Positions 8,988 through 17,436 of a stretch of DNA of 64,000 nt are shown here, one piece after another. The translations under genes and the position numbers were made by a program. This stretch comes from Candidatus Sungiibacteriota bacterium (lineage in GTDB: Bacteria; Patescibacteriota; Minisyncoccia; Sungbacterales; HO2-52-23), in assembly GCA_016432465.1 (NCBI GenBank), contig CP066690.1, forward strand, positions 850,724 through 914,723. The letters are read 5' to 3'. Every line of letters starts with the position of its first letter. Within the stretch, counting starts at the first letter, position 1. Below the pieces are notes generated by a model. The model saw nothing but the letters and a program-made list of their open reading frames with translations, was not told the DNA's origin and ran no database searches.

Positions 8988-9044
8988 TAACGCAAAAAGG
9001 GTTTGACTATGGCCATAGAGATAAAAATAAGTCCCCTAAGGGAC

Positions 9045-9563
9045 TTACTCAACAAAATATCCGGTTTCGTCACGCTGGGAAAGAATAGGGTTTTTCACCG
9101 GCCACCAGATGTTAAGCCGTGGGTCGTTCCAGCAGTAAGTAAACTGGCTTTTGGGATCGTAGTAGGTTGATTGTTTATAGTGAAAGATCGCTACCTCGCT
9201 CAAAACTACATGGCCGTTTCCGTGTTTGGGCGGAATCAGCACCTGATGATGGTTTCTGTCAGAAAGAACAAAAGGAACCCACTGGCCCAAATTTGGAGAT
9301 TCGGGATCGCAGTTTAACACCACCAGATAAAATCTTCCGTAGTGGCAGGAGACCAGTTTCCAAGTATCGCTGTTGCCGTGAATGCCGCGCAGAACGTGAT
9401 GGCTGGATACGGAAATGTCATCCGTTACAAAATGAATATCAATGCCGTGTTTCCGATACAGCTCCTCGTTATAAGTTTCCACATAAAAACCGCGATAGTC
9501 TTCAAAAATATGTGGTTCTATTAATAAAACCCCGTCCAGCTTGGTTTTACTGACCTTTATCAC
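9045..9563 (-). CDS. rfbC: dTDP-4-dehydrorhamnose 3,5-epimerase
   Basis: Cupin fold; LLIEPHIFEDYRGFYVETYN and HGNSDTWKLVSCHYGRFYLVVLN match RmlC. Confidence 0.85.
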   Translation of the reverse strand: MIKVSKTKLDGVLLIEPHIFEDYRGFYVETYNEELYRKHGIDIHFVTDDISVSSHHVLRGIHGNSDTWKLVSCHYGRFYLVVLNCDPESPNLGQWVPFVLSDRNHHQVLIPPKHGNGHVVLSEVAIFHYKQSTYYDPKSQFTYCWNDPRLNIWWPVKNPILSQRDETGYFVE

Positions 9564-9599
9564 CGGCCATCCCCCCGCAGTTTTGTGTAAGTTTTTAGC

Positions 9600-10598
9600 T
9601 TAGTGTATTTTATAGAACTCACGCCAAAAGTCAAGAGTATCGCGGAGGGTGGTTTCAAATTTTATTTTTGGTTTCCACCCGGTTGCTTGCGTAAATTTTT
9701 CAATAGACGGAATCTGTAAAGTTACGTCAGACGGACGCAGGCGCTTTGGGTCAACCTCTACCCGAATGTCTTTTCTTTCCGAAAGTGAAAGAAGTTTGTT
9801 CAGCATTTCTCCGACTTTCATGGTTTCGGTCCCGCCTATATTGTATACCTCTCCGGGAGGGCATTTAGTGATCAGCAGCCAGTAAGCCTCAACCGCGTCG
9901 CGCGCGTCCATCCAAGTACGAACGCTTTCCAGATTTCCCACTTTTACCACCGGTTCTTTTTTCTTTCCTGCCTCTATGGCCGCAATCTGTTTGGCAAAAT
10001 TAGACAATACAAATACGTCCCCGCGTCTTGGACCGGTGTGTGTAAACATTCTGGTACGAATGGTTTTAATTTTCCAAGAGAGCCAGTACTGAAAGGCAAG
10101 CGTGTCTTCTCCAACCTTGCTCACGGCATAAGGGGAAGCAGGACGGAAAGGGTTGGATTCTTTTATGGGGACCTCGTCTTCTTCAACCTGACCGTAGACC
10201 TCCGAAGAGCTGCAGATGTGAATTACGGGATCGTAGCCGGAAGATTGCTTTAATTCCCTGACACACTCCAGTAGATTACAGGTGCCGATTATGTTAGTAT
10301 TAAGTGTTATTATCGGAGCCACGAAAGCAAAATCAACGTAGGACTGCGCAGCCAAATGGAAAATAACATCCGGTCGGTGGTTGTTGAGTACGCGGTTTAA
10401 GGAGAAAGGATCAAGCAAGTCGCCGTATTCAAGTGTTATCTTATCAAGAATGTGCCATATGTTCTCTTTGGGGGAACGCCAGCGTGTAATGCCTACAATT
10501 TCAACTTCGGGACGGTTGGTGAGGATATAGTCAGCCAAGTGACTACCTACAAACCCCGTAATACCGGTGATTAAAACCTTTTTTATGTTAGATGGCAT
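9600..10598 (-). CDS. NAD-dependent NDP-sugar 4,6-dehydratase/epimerase (extended SDR; Gmd/RmlB-like)
   Basis: The N-terminal glycine-rich Rossmann motif is VLITGITGFVGSHLADYIL. The catalytic YAVSKVGED (YxxxK) is present. Confidence 0.7.
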   Translation of the reverse strand: MPSNIKKVLITGITGFVGSHLADYILTNRPEVEIVGITRWRSPKENIWHILDKITLEYGDLLDPFSLNRVLNNHRPDVIFHLAAQSYVDFAFVAPIITLNTNIIGTCNLLECVRELKQSSGYDPVIHICSSSEVYGQVEEDEVPIKESNPFRPASPYAVSKVGEDTLAFQYWLSWKIKTIRTRMFTHTGPRRGDVFVLSNFAKQIAAIEAGKKKEPVVKVGNLESVRTWMDARDAVEAYWLLITKCPPGEVYNIGGTETMKVGEMLNKLLSLSERKDIRVEVDPKRLRPSDVTLQIPSIEKFTQATGWKPKIKFETTLRDTLDFWREFYKIH

Positions 10599-10704
10599 GT
10601 TTTAGGTGTTTAAGGCTTAGCTTGGCGTGAGCACCAAAGCTTAGCTCGGAACAACAGTTCCATTATAAATTATAAACGCTTTTTATCACAAATTGTTTCC
10701 ACCT

Positions 10705-11409
10705 ATGCGCTATATCATTTTTATGCTATTTATATTTGGAATTGCGTTGGTCAGGGTCAGGGCTGAAACTTTTCCGCAGGAACTTTATATCTCTCCCAAG
10801 GGCGAGGTGCGTCTGGCGGGAGCAGAACTTACTTCCCAACACGCCCTGAACTTTTTTTCAGTGCGTATCTGGGGCCAGAAATGGTCTTTTGCCACCAATT
10901 ATGCCACGCGTTTGGAGTCGCTATATGGAGAGAAAATAAATCCGAAAGAAATACTTCCGGGCCATATTCTTGAAGTAAAAGGCATGCTTAACCCCTCGGT
11001 GTCCAATGAAACAGGAAATGTGGATGCCTCTTTGGTGCGTGATCTGTCCGTAAAAGCCGGTACACCGCAAACTATTGCGACGCCGTCTTCGTTACCGCCC
11101 TCCTTAGTAAATTTTCCGCCGTTGTCAGCGTCATCGCTGGCAGAGGTTTCTACGCCCGTAAAACCGATACCCAAACAATGGTTGACTAAAAGTCTTCGCC
11201 CCGGCATGCGCGGCCCAGAGGTGAAGATTTTGCAGCAGTTTTTGCAAAAAAATGGCTGGGGCATTCCTGATGACGGACCAGTAACCGGGTTTTATGGGAA
11301 AGTCACGCAAGATGCAGTAAAGAAATTTCAACTGGCGAGCGGCTTGGAAGCAGCAGGCACGCTAGGTCCTAAAACCCGGGCCCTGATTAATTTGCTGTTT
11401 GGCAAATAG
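10705..11409 (+). CDS. Secreted protein with a C-terminal peptidoglycan-binding domain (PG_binding_1-like)
   Basis: Signal peptide MRYIIFMLFIFGIALVRVRA. C-terminal LRPGMRGPEVKILQQFLQKNGWGIPDDGPVTGFYGKVTQDAVKKFQLASGLEAAGTLGPKTRALI. Confidence 0.6.
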   Translation: MRYIIFMLFIFGIALVRVRAETFPQELYISPKGEVRLAGAELTSQHALNFFSVRIWGQKWSFATNYATRLESLYGEKINPKEILPGHILEVKGMLNPSVSNETGNVDASLVRDLSVKAGTPQTIATPSSLPPSLVNFPPLSASSLAEVSTPVKPIPKQWLTKSLRPGMRGPEVKILQQFLQKNGWGIPDDGPVTGFYGKVTQDAVKKFQLASGLEAAGTLGPKTRALINLLFGK

Positions 11410-11463
11410 AAAATTTTCTAAAAAAACGCCGCACAGGTAAACCAGTGCGGTCTTTTCATAAAC

Positions 11464-13992
11464 TCATTTACTAAGAACTGTTTTCAACGCCTCCTCAAAA
11501 GTAGGAGCCATATCAAGCTTTTCTCCGATGACTACACTCACTCGTTGCAATTGGGGCATTGGACTTGCAGAAGAAACCAGGAAGAAGGGTTCAACGTAAA
11601 GAAGTACGTTTTCCACAGGAATCACCAGCATATTGCCGTGTTTTCCTCGGGACCCCTGCTGGTTCCAGAGCGTGATTTGGGCCGCTATTTTGGGGTCCTG
11701 ATTTAGTCGCGCCTCAATCTGCATTGTTCCGTAGACTATCTCGTTTTTAGGAAACTGGTAAGCTATAAGTTTTCCGTAGTGCTCACCCTCAATTCTTGCG
11801 GCCAGCCACCCGTTCAAGTTTTCCTTGTTTTTGGGGGTAAAGGGCAGCATTAGCACGAGCTCTTCCTTTTTCTCGGCGCTAAATTTCTCAACAATGTAGT
11901 AAGGTACAACAGCTTGTGGCTTATCAACGTCTACGAGCTCTTGGGCAACGACCCACGCGTCCTCTTTATTGTAGAAAAGGCTTGGTTGTTCCATGTGGTA
12001 GAGTTTATAAGCTTCAGCCATCATCAGAAACAGATCTTCAGAGAAACGAACATGCGCCTGAAGTTCCTTGGGCATTTCGGACTTGGGCCGGAAAATACCC
12101 GGATATAGTTTGGACCAAGCGCGTATCAGAGGATCGCGTTCGTCAAAAATGTAAAAGGTAGTTGTCCCGTCGTAGGGATCGGTCACTATTTTCACAGAGT
12201 TTCTCACGTAGTTAATACCGTTGATTGGGGTAGCATGAGGGAAAAAGGAAGAAGTGGTCATAGCGTCTCTCATCCAGTATATTTTCCCGCCAGTGACTAC
12301 TGCGTACGGATCTTTATCGTATTTCAGGAAAGGTGCGATCTTTTGAACAATGGTTGTAATATCACGATCGTACATAATTCTTGTCTCCCGCGTCACGTAA
12401 CTCGTCATCAAAAAGTCCCAAGACCACATTTTCCATATAAACGCCAGCTTACGGACAAACGAGGAGAGTTGAATTCCGCCCTTTCCTTCGTAGGTGGTGT
12501 ATTGGTTCTTGCTTCCTTCCGGAAAATCTATTTCAGGCAGTTTTGTTCTTACCAGCACCCAGGATTTTGTCTGTTCGCCAAAATAGATCTGGGGTCTGGT
12601 AATTTTAAGTTCCGGGTACTCGCTTTTTGGCGGGAAATCTTTGACGAAGAAATGGGGCATACCGCCCTCTTTGACTTCATTTACCGGGGCTATTACCGCC
12701 CCATACCCGTGAGTGTACTGCAGGTGTTCATTTATCCAGTTTCTGCCGGGAATCTGGTTGGGCTCAATTTCCCGGGCCGAAATCATTACATGACGATATT
12801 CCTTTTGAGGCCCCAAATAATACCGATCAACGTCTACGTCGTTAAATTCATAGTACTGTCGCAGTCCCTGCAGCTGTTTGAGCGTGGGCAGGAGAAATCT
12901 AAAGTCCCAGAGCCGGATGTTTTTGAGCAGAATAGGATTTTGCGCAATAACTCGTTCCACCTGCAGAGGGTTCTTTTCGGGGATAAACTCTTTTGTTTCT
13001 ACATTGGTAAGTCCGAATGCTTCACGTGTCATAGCAATATTGGCCGCGATAAAACGCTCCTGCTTGGTGATTTCGTTTGGTCCGATGACCACCTTGAAGA
13101 AAACCTTGGGGAGAAGTTCGTTAACAACCAGAGGCGAGAGTATAAACCAGGCGACGGCAACAGTTCCCACCATGACGAGCGCCCGCACGGGACGCGCCAG
13201 ATTTCTGATCAAAATTCTGGAGATAAGCAACGCCGCTAACACAGTTACGCCAATCAGAACCAGATAAAGAATTTGCAGGAGGCCTGCTTCCAGAGCCCCG
13301 GCGCCGTAAAAAAGCATGTGTCCGTCTGCGGCCGTGTGTCGCGTATAGGCCAAGGAAGGGATTTTAACCAGTAAGGTTTGTAGGGTAAAAATCAGGAGCG
13401 CTTCAATAATTTGGATTCCAAGCGCAACCAGATGAAATTTATGCCTTACTCCTTCTGGCGACGGAATAAACCGTGTCAGGACCCACGACACAAGAATCAA
13501 AACAGTGGTTGCAGCCAGTAGTAAATAACCCAATCCCATGACCTCTTTCCACAGAGGAAGCGAGAAGAGATAGAACGAAATTTCTTTTCCGAAGATCGGG
13601 TCTTGCAGGCCGTAAGGAACTTGGTAGAAAAAGAGAAAAAATTTACTCCAGTGAGGCGTGAGAAGTATCCACGATCCTACTGCGGCTAAAATCGCTACCC
13701 CTACGCTTCCTACCCAAGCACGAATGCGCAAAACCTTTTTTCCGGAATCCGGAAGGGTGTTGTTTCCACGTGAGGTAAGGAAGATGGAAAAGAACCAAAT
13801 CCAGAGGAAGGTAAAAGCCGTTCCTACAAGCCAGAGAGTAACTTTCCATCGGAGTTCTGCCCAAAAGGCCGTGGTAGCGTTAAAACTCTCAAACCAGAGA
13901 TATTCAGTATAGACGTGTACGATTTGATTGAATCCTGCTACTGCGAGTGCGAGCAACGTTAGTATCCCGAAAATCAGAGCTGCCCTTTTCAT
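11464..13992 (-). CDS. Large polytopic membrane protein, UPF0182-like (~840 aa)
   Basis: N-terminal block of ~7 TM helices followed by a large soluble domain. Start set at MKRAALIFG, preceded by AAGGAGG; the track start is 80 codons further upstream. Confidence 0.45.
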   Translation of the reverse strand: MKRAALIFGILTLLALAVAGFNQIVHVYTEYLWFESFNATTAFWAELRWKVTLWLVGTAFTFLWIWFFSIFLTSRGNNTLPDSGKKVLRIRAWVGSVGVAILAAVGSWILLTPHWSKFFLFFYQVPYGLQDPIFGKEISFYLFSLPLWKEVMGLGYLLLAATTVLILVSWVLTRFIPSPEGVRHKFHLVALGIQIIEALLIFTLQTLLVKIPSLAYTRHTAADGHMLFYGAGALEAGLLQILYLVLIGVTVLAALLISRILIRNLARPVRALVMVGTVAVAWFILSPLVVNELLPKVFFKVVIGPNEITKQERFIAANIAMTREAFGLTNVETKEFIPEKNPLQVERVIAQNPILLKNIRLWDFRFLLPTLKQLQGLRQYYEFNDVDVDRYYLGPQKEYRHVMISAREIEPNQIPGRNWINEHLQYTHGYGAVIAPVNEVKEGGMPHFFVKDFPPKSEYPELKITRPQIYFGEQTKSWVLVRTKLPEIDFPEGSKNQYTTYEGKGGIQLSSFVRKLAFIWKMWSWDFLMTSYVTRETRIMYDRDITTIVQKIAPFLKYDKDPYAVVTGGKIYWMRDAMTTSSFFPHATPINGINYVRNSVKIVTDPYDGTTTFYIFDERDPLIRAWSKLYPGIFRPKSEMPKELQAHVRFSEDLFLMMAEAYKLYHMEQPSLFYNKEDAWVVAQELVDVDKPQAVVPYYIVEKFSAEKKEELVLMLPFTPKNKENLNGWLAARIEGEHYGKLIAYQFPKNEIVYGTMQIEARLNQDPKIAAQITLWNQQGSRGKHGNMLVIPVENVLLYVEPFFLVSSASPMPQLQRVSVVIGEKLDMAPTFEEALKTVLSK

Positions 13993-14070
13993 AAGGGATG
14001 CCTCCTTATTGTGAAGGTACACCAGTTTATTTGTAGCATATTTATTTTGTTTTGTCAATCGCTCTGAAAG

Positions 14071-14099
14071 TTGACAAAATAACGACTTTATAGTATGAT
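14071..14099 (+). promoter_or_regulatory. Putative promoter for the 14140 gene (TTGACA, 17 nt, TATGAT)
   Basis: ttgacaaaataacgactttatagTATGAT. Confidence 0.4.
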
Positions 14100-14139
14100 G
14101 TCTTTGGGGATGGTGCCCCTTTGTGGAAGGAGTACGGCA

Positions 14140-14487
14140 ATGTCTGGAAATCCAGAGCTTCTGCGTAAAGTCACGGTATGCAATCAGTGCAAAAAAGAAC
14201 TTATCAAAGAAGAGGTAGAAAAACATTTCCATCTTGTAAATAAAGTCTCGGAAGAAGGGGAGCCCCTTGTTTATATGCTTCTCCTGCCTCCTGATTGTAA
14301 GCCGGAGGAGTGGAAAGCACGTAGAATCTTTGCGGGTGGTATGGCGGAATTACGCGAGATGCATCCTGATAAAGAGTTCCAAATTAGTCCTTACTCTTTT
14401 AAGGTTGTGACAGAACAGGCACCCGATGGTCGCAGTACCACTTTCCAGCTTTTTCATCCGGAAAGTTTTGTGGCTATTGAGAAGTAG
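14140..14487 (+). CDS. Hypothetical protein
   Basis: ATG after GGAAGGAG. Contains CNQCKK and a further Cys. Confidence 0.4.
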   Translation: MSGNPELLRKVTVCNQCKKELIKEEVEKHFHLVNKVSEEGEPLVYMLLLPPDCKPEEWKARRIFAGGMAELREMHPDKEFQISPYSFKVVTEQAPDGRSTTFQLFHPESFVAIEK

Positions 14488-14550
14488 GAAGTATTTATAA
14501 AAAAATCCCTCGCAGCGAATTTTCGCTCGAGGGTTTTTACAATATTGATG

Positions 14551-14970
14551 TTACGGAAGCCTCTCTTCGAGATTCTGTAGAAGTTTTTCCGCTTTTCCAG
14601 TCTTAACCAAGTTGAAGTAAACGATCGTTGCAACCACCAGAATGGCAACAAAAAGGAACCATCCAGTTTTCATCATAAGCATCAGCACCCCGATTGGCAA
14701 AAGTCCGTAACTGAGCAACAGTAATTTCTCTGCACCCTTGTAGTAGTAACCAACTACAGCCATCAGTGCCCCTAAACCAAGGGCAAGACCAGTGAAAACT
14801 CCGGGGTAAGTGAGATAAAGAGCACTTAACCACATCATGGCTCCTGCAGTGGCAGAAAGAAGTCCAACCAATTTTAACGTGCGTTTCTCCGAATCTTCAA
14901 GATCTCGTGCTAAATAGCCGATTGTATATAGAGTTGTTCCAACTAGTAGACCCGCTACGAGAAAGATCAT
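14551..14970 (-). CDS. Hypothetical membrane protein (4 TM)
   Basis: Start set at MIFLVAGLL, 6 nt after AAGGAGG. Confidence 0.45.
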   Translation of the reverse strand: MIFLVAGLLVGTTLYTIGYLARDLEDSEKRTLKLVGLLSATAGAMMWLSALYLTYPGVFTGLALGLGALMAVVGYYYKGAEKLLLLSYGLLPIGVLMLMMKTGWFLFVAILVVATIVYFNLVKTGKAEKLLQNLEERLP

Positions 14971-15063
14971 CCGTTTCCTCCTTTTCGTACGGCCTTCCCA
15001 ACAGGCCATTTATTAGTATAGCACGGGTGTAGGTTGCATGTCAACAAGAAAATACAACTCCGT

Positions 15064-15103
15064 ATTTGTGCACTTAAAAGCGATCGCTTTTAAGTGCACA
15101 AAT
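15064..15103. repeat. 40-bp perfect palindrome, copy 2 (ATTTGTGCACTTAAAAGCGATCGCTTTTAAGTGCACAAAT)
   Basis: Perfect inverted repeat. Variant TGTGCAC instead of TGTACAC. Confidence 0.85.
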
Positions 15104-15300
15104 GGCCGAATACCCTTCTTCGTCCCGCTTTCAGCGGGACTTCGGAAGGGTTATTATTTTCGCCTTCATTCCTACAGTCCAGCCTTCGTAGCCATAGGTT
15201 GCTACGGTCGCACGCCGCCATAGCTTTGGCGACGGAGCGCGGAGTAGGCCAGCCGTGGCTTTCTGCGACGGCGGGTAAAAAAACACCGCAAAGAGTTGTC
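15104..15300. repeat. GC-rich structured repeat R1 (putative ncRNA or MITE-like)
   Basis: cccgctttcagcgggacttcggaagggt hairpins. The core ctacggtcgcacgccgccatagctttggcgacggagcgcggagtaggc recurs inverted at 19346-19400. The 3' motif ggctttctgcgacggcgggtaaaaa is shared with 54868 and 19525. Confidence 0.6.
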
Positions 15301-15334
15301 CCTTTGCGGCAAAAACTTTTTCATTAAAAACCTT

Positions 15335-16516
15335 TTAATCGTGGTCCTGGGGGTCTATCGTTCTCCTCGGACCTGCATCCGACGTTGCATGACCGTCCCC
15401 TCCCGAAGCTATGTCAGGATACTGCGGCCCTCTTCTCTGTTCTTCCGCCAGACGGTTCATGACCGCGAAATACTGCTCAACACTGTTCCTAAGCTGTCGT
15501 GCCTTCTCCAGCTGTTTTTCAGAATTGATGATTGGTACTGCAGAATGGGCAGCGGCCCGATCCATGGCTGCGGTGGCGCTATCCACAAAAAGACCCAAAA
15601 CCTTATCAACCGCCTCTTTCACCACTGGCGCAATGGTGTCAAACTGCTCGGTTGCTGCCAAGGAACGGATAGGAGTCATAACCTCTTGCAGCAATACCGC
15701 AAAGCTTCGCTCCATCTCTCTAAGTCCTGTCCACATCTGACGGAAGGATTGAATGGCTTTCTGGGTTGCTTCTCTGGCCTCACGAATAATGGGTAGGGCT
15801 TGATTCCAGGTTTTGATCTTCTCAAGGAGCTCTCCGGCTCGCACTTGTTTTGCTTGAAGATCCTTTTCCAATTCTTCAAGATCCTTCTCTTTCTTTACAC
15901 GATCTTCGGCCTCCGCCGTGTCCAGCTCCAAGCGCAAAAGATCAAGCTTGCCCTCCAGTATCTGGATTTCAGTTTTGAGGACTTCGTGTTCGGGAACCCT
16001 CTTTTCCAGTAATTGCAGAAGTTCTTTATATTTGGTTGTAAAAGTATTGTAAGCAGTCTTGTGTATACGTTCTACCTTAAGCAATTCTTCCACGGTTGCG
16101 GCATTCAACTCAACAAGTTCCTTTAGATTTTGATCTACGGTTTGACTTGCTTGGCGCTGGCGGCGTATCCTGTCCGCTTTTTCTTTAGAGGCACTAAACC
16201 CAACTTTACCCCAGAATGCATACCAGTTTTCTGCAAAACCTTCATATTCCTTTCTCTTATCTGCTATCGCTCCAATCTCTTCAAATTTGAGCCGGAGTCC
16301 CTCCATAAGATCATGAATATCCTGCTGTGCTTCCAAACTTTTCCGTTTTGCCTCATCGAGTTTAGTGCGGGCCTCCCTAACAGTCGCTTCACGCTCTGCG
16401 GGGGTTTTGACATCAATATCCTCGATGCTCGCAAAAATATCTTTAGCGTCTTTTGCGGTTACCTCAATGGTTGCACGCCTGTTTCTTAGGGTTTCAAGCA
16501 TATTCCTCTCGGGCAT
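15335..16516 (-). CDS. Long coiled-coil protein, TelA-like (toxic anion resistance family). An ESCRT-III/PspA-like fold is an alternative
   Basis: 393 aa, almost entirely heptad-rich helical sequence. The size fits TelA/KlaB (~380 aa). I cannot see a diagnostic motif by eye. Confidence 0.35.
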   Translation of the reverse strand: MPERNMLETLRNRRATIEVTAKDAKDIFASIEDIDVKTPAEREATVREARTKLDEAKRKSLEAQQDIHDLMEGLRLKFEEIGAIADKRKEYEGFAENWYAFWGKVGFSASKEKADRIRRQRQASQTVDQNLKELVELNAATVEELLKVERIHKTAYNTFTTKYKELLQLLEKRVPEHEVLKTEIQILEGKLDLLRLELDTAEAEDRVKKEKDLEELEKDLQAKQVRAGELLEKIKTWNQALPIIREAREATQKAIQSFRQMWTGLREMERSFAVLLQEVMTPIRSLAATEQFDTIAPVVKEAVDKVLGLFVDSATAAMDRAAAHSAVPIINSEKQLEKARQLRNSVEQYFAVMNRLAEEQRRGPQYPDIASGGDGHATSDAGPRRTIDPQDHD

Positions 16517-16673
16517 CTTTTCCTCCTGGGTTGGTTTCCGAAACTATAGTTATTGTAGCAATAAACATAAAACTTGTCAAGCACTTCGTTTAGCTTGACT
16601 TTCTAGTGCCGCTTTGTTATAATTTTATAAGTACTTGGACAGCTCAATACCGTCAACAGGGGAGGCGAGCGCC

Positions 16674-17399
16674 ATGAAGTACCTGCTCAACGTTTTCCTT
16701 GTACATCTTGGCATCGGGCTTGGTTTTAGTCTTGCGTCCATATTCTTTTTTAAGTACCGCCACAAGCGCAGGCCAATCTTTAGATTCGGAGGCAATGATC
16801 CTTTTAGCTGGGGAGATAAAAATAAATGGCTGCTTTGGTGGATTATAGCGTACGGCATTGCGAATGGCTTTGAGGTGGTTACTGGTTTCCGTCTCAATAT
16901 GTCTTTGTATCTGGAGTTGGCGCTTTTGGCGTTAGGGGCAACTGCTTTTACCCTTGGTCTTTTTTTGATGGATCGGATGGCGATGATTTTTTTTGAACCC
17001 GAAAGCCACTGGAAGCCCAAGTCTGAAGAGCGGCCTGTGTCTCGGGTTGTAGAAGAAAAGAAGGCCGAAGTGGTCGCGGAACCTCAAGAATTAAAGCAGG
17101 TTGAGGTTGTGCTGACAGAGAAGCTTCCCGAGCCCATCGCGGCTCCGGAAGAGGATAAGAGCTGGTTTAGCAAGAATGTTGGGCGCGCTGCCGAATCTGT
17201 CAGTTCTTCGTCCGACAGCTTGTTAAGGAAAGTCGGAAAAAGCGTAGGTTCTGGTTTGGGAGGGATTAAGTCCGGTTTTTCCGAAGTTTTTGCTGAACGC
17301 CGTAAGACTAGAGAAGATCGCCGCAGGGCTGAAGAAGAAAAAAGGCAAGAGATACGAGAAAAATTTGAAAAACTCACCAGATCTCGTCGCCCTTCGTAG
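16674..17399 (+). CDS. Membrane protein with a highly charged C-terminal tail (possibly XpaC-like)
   Basis: N-terminal TM helices, then a low-complexity acidic/basic tail (RRKTREDRRRAEEEKRQEIREKFEKL). GGGGAGG before the ATG. Confidence 0.4.
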   Translation: MKYLLNVFLVHLGIGLGFSLASIFFFKYRHKRRPIFRFGGNDPFSWGDKNKWLLWWIIAYGIANGFEVVTGFRLNMSLYLELALLALGATAFTLGLFLMDRMAMIFFEPESHWKPKSEERPVSRVVEEKKAEVVAEPQELKQVEVVLTEKLPEPIAAPEEDKSWFSKNVGRAAESVSSSSDSLLRKVGKSVGSGLGGIKSGFSEVFAERRKTREDRRRAEEEKRQEIREKFEKLTRSRRPS

Positions 17400-17436
17400 T
17401 CAAAGACACACCTAGACAGAGGGGGTAAAAACCGCT

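Noticed and set aside
12235-13267. 334-aa and 129-aa plus-strand ORFs antisense to the UPF0182-like gene
   Set aside because: They sit entirely inside a well-supported 840-aa membrane protein gene on the opposite strand, are low-complexity and lack RBS support.
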